Assembly (NCBI RefSeq): GCF_052425735.1
Contig: NC_135768.1
Span: 7,440,001-7,504,000, forward strand
Length of the DNA: 64,000 nucleotides
From: Oculina patagonica
Taxonomy: Eukaryota
Direction: 5' to 3'
Below, piece after piece: positions 61,628-64,000 of the stretch. Position 1 is the first letter of the stretch; each line of letters begins with the position of its first letter. A program made the translations under genes and the position numbers. The notes beneath the pieces are model-generated. The model had not been told where the DNA came from. It searched no databases and was given only the letters and a program-made list of their open reading frames with translations.

Positions 61628-63196
61628 TTTTTTTTTTTAATTGTATTTTTACTTTTCAACACGATACACTTGACAATACACGAAAAAAAAATACAAAAGA
61701 TAAATGAATAAAAAATACAGAGGTAACAATGCGATACACGTTTTACGTAACTATTGTAACTAAATTATTGACAGTAAAGGCTTCCATAAATTCAAAAAAT
61801 TTTCTTTTTGTCCTTTCGCATGTGCGATTGATCTTTGAATTAACATTTTTTCTTTTACTAACTCAAGAAAGAGAGGGAGATTAGGTAATTTGTGCTCATA
61901 TTTTTGTAGAAAGACATATCTTTTGCTAAGTAGAATATAATAATTAAAGATATAGGAGCCAGAACTTCCGGGATTATAGCCGTACATTATTCCTAATTCA
62001 TCAAAATTGTAATTGTCGTCCGTTTGACTATTCCACCGAAATAAGACTGAATTCCAAAAGTCGCGTATACGGGAGCAGTTCACTAGCATGTGCGACAGTG
62101 TTTCTAATTCGTTACAAAATTCGCAAAGGGGAGATTCTGATATGTTCATTTTATATAAGAGGTTTCTGCACGGTAAAATATTATGAATTATCTTAAACTG
62201 AAATATACTTAGTTTCGTTTCCCGTGTTATTCTAAATGGTAGTTTTTAAATTGCGCTGATCTTCATCTCTTCTACACCTAACCTTTGTAGCCTACAACTA
62301 GCTAAAGGTTCTTTAAATTTCTTTTGAATAAGAATATTCCGAGCTCTTTTACTGGTGAGTGTTTGACCAGGAAGAAAAGTCGATTTTCCTTCTTGTCGAT
62401 TCCCACCATTAGTAGATTGTAATTCGCGCTTCCACCCTAATGGTATTGCTGCTATTAAACCCCAGAGGTTGGTAAATGGCGTAGCGAGGCCAAATTTTCT
62501 AAGAAAATTGCCATATGAGAGGAATTTGCCGTCTTCTTCTAATAAGTCTTTGATTCTAAGAATTCCAGCAGCGTGCCAGTTTTCCCAGTATACAGATTTG
62601 CCTGCTATGGTTATGTTTTTATTATTCCAAATAATGGCTTCCCTAATGTCATGTTTATCTAGAGGGGCGGATTTAACATCATGAACTTCTGCCCAAGTTT
62701 TTAAGATGTCAATGTAGAAAGCTGGCATATTTTTTAGTTCTAAAAGACTTAGATCATAGCTACAGTCGAAAATGAGAGGGCCTCCAACATTTTTCAGATA
62801 CCAGGAAGGAATTATCATCCAATCCTCATTTGCACCATCTTGCATTCTCTTTACCCAGGCACAGAGTAATGATTTTGCGATTATTTCATATTCTGGCAAA
62901 TCTAAACCTCCTTTTTCTTTTGCTCCGATAAGCGTGTCTCTTTTTATTTTCGGTTTCTTACCGTTCCAAACGAAGTCTGCTATCAATTTGTTAACGGCGT
63001 CAATAACATAAGGTGGGGTGTGAAGACAAGCGCTAGAAGAAATGAGTTTGGATAAACCCAACGTTTTAGCTATTGTTATTTTTCCATACAGGGATAAATC
63101 CCTTTGTGACCATAAATTAAATAGCTTCTTAACTTTGATTAGCTTGTTTGCAAAATTTACTTGGTCGCACAAATTAAACTTGTACGAGAAAGCGTA
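61628..63196 (-). mobile_element. 5'-truncated Tx1/L1-clade LINE (post-RT region and zf-RVT CCHC), one frameshift near 62246
   Basis: LSLYGKITIAKTL...FVWNGKKPKI...GGLDLP...IWNN; FQFKIIHNILP...SPLCEFCNELETLSHMLVNC; poly(A) seen as a T run at ~61628-61638. Confidence 0.88.
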
Positions 63197-64000
63197 AAAA
63201 ACGATAACTCGCCGAAAACGCGTTGTATCGACCTGAGAAGCTGGCAGACAACAAAGAATGAAACAACGAATCAGGGTAAGTCAACTTTATTCACAAAATA
63301 TACATTTTTTTTTTACTTTTAAAGCAAAACCGTTGTTTCCCATACAAACCCTTATAAATCGAATCTTTGTAACACAACACCGCTCGTAAGCAAGAGTCAC
63401 GTCCAAAGGTAATCTGATAGAGAGCTTGGGCCGCCTGTGATTCGATGAGGTTTTGGCGCTGTATGCCTACAACGAAGCTGCCGTCTTCTTGTCCGATCGA
63501 AGCACCGAAGAAGCCTCGAAGAACGAAGAGGAACGGCGATTCAGGGACTACATACGTTTGAATACATGGTATGACGAGAAAAACATAATTGAATAGTTAT
63601 GATTAAATGTCTGCAATGTTTGAATTAATAGAGCTGCATATACATGTAGGTTGCTATTGCCGTTTGCGAAGGATTGAAATGATCTTAACTGTTGTTTTCA
63701 TTCTTGTAATCTATCATACACGCCATGGGCATAATGAGCTAATTAGAAATCTATCTCAGCTGTTTATTCCGAAAAAAGCTTGATAAACATGAAATAATGT
63801 GAAATTTATACAGAAAAATTAAAGTCAACAAGATGGTGCAGGTGATCAATGGATTTAGCTCCTTGAGTTTTATACAGTTTTACCTTCCTTGACTACAATA
63901 CAGTCAGGTAATAAACCTTTTTAAAACTAAGTGTTTTAATGGGTGATAACACTTCAGACATCCAGCTTCAGCCAGCATTCAGTATTCCTGTTTCTTAAAA

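Noticed and set aside
63420-63570. Possible exon FDEVLALYAYNEAAVFLSDRSTEE...IRLNTW followed by GT
   Set aside because: GC-richer and exon-like, but no recognisable family or partner exons; may be part of a decayed transposon.

Overview
Eukaryotic, AT-rich, repeat-dense genomic DNA, most likely from a stony coral or other cnidarian (inferred from the style of the repeat families and the intronless orphan class-A GPCR). Genes, left to right: the last three exons of a NUSAP1-like gene (+); an intronless PP2C-like gene, PP2D1 (-), with an RFX X-box upstream; four intronless SLC35G1/EamA transporter copies (two intact, two broken); a transposon-interrupted ORF of unknown family; an intronless class-A GPCR plus its pseudogene; and a tandem family of four three-exon genes that the ORF track mostly misses. 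This family encodes 131-139 aa secreted proteins built as signal peptide, Cys-bearing coiled coil and a 6-Cys head resembling one apextrin C-terminal (ApeC) sub-repeat, and is the best candidate for an undescribed system. One copy has lost exon 1 and carries a ~22-unit, 204-bp satellite in its intron. Three hammerhead ribozyme motifs are present (one full type I, two minimal Penelope-type), plus many MITEs (including four with 9-bp TSDs), Helentron-like elements, SINEs and L2/CR1 and Tx1/L1 fragments. All family assignments come from motif recognition, not database searches.
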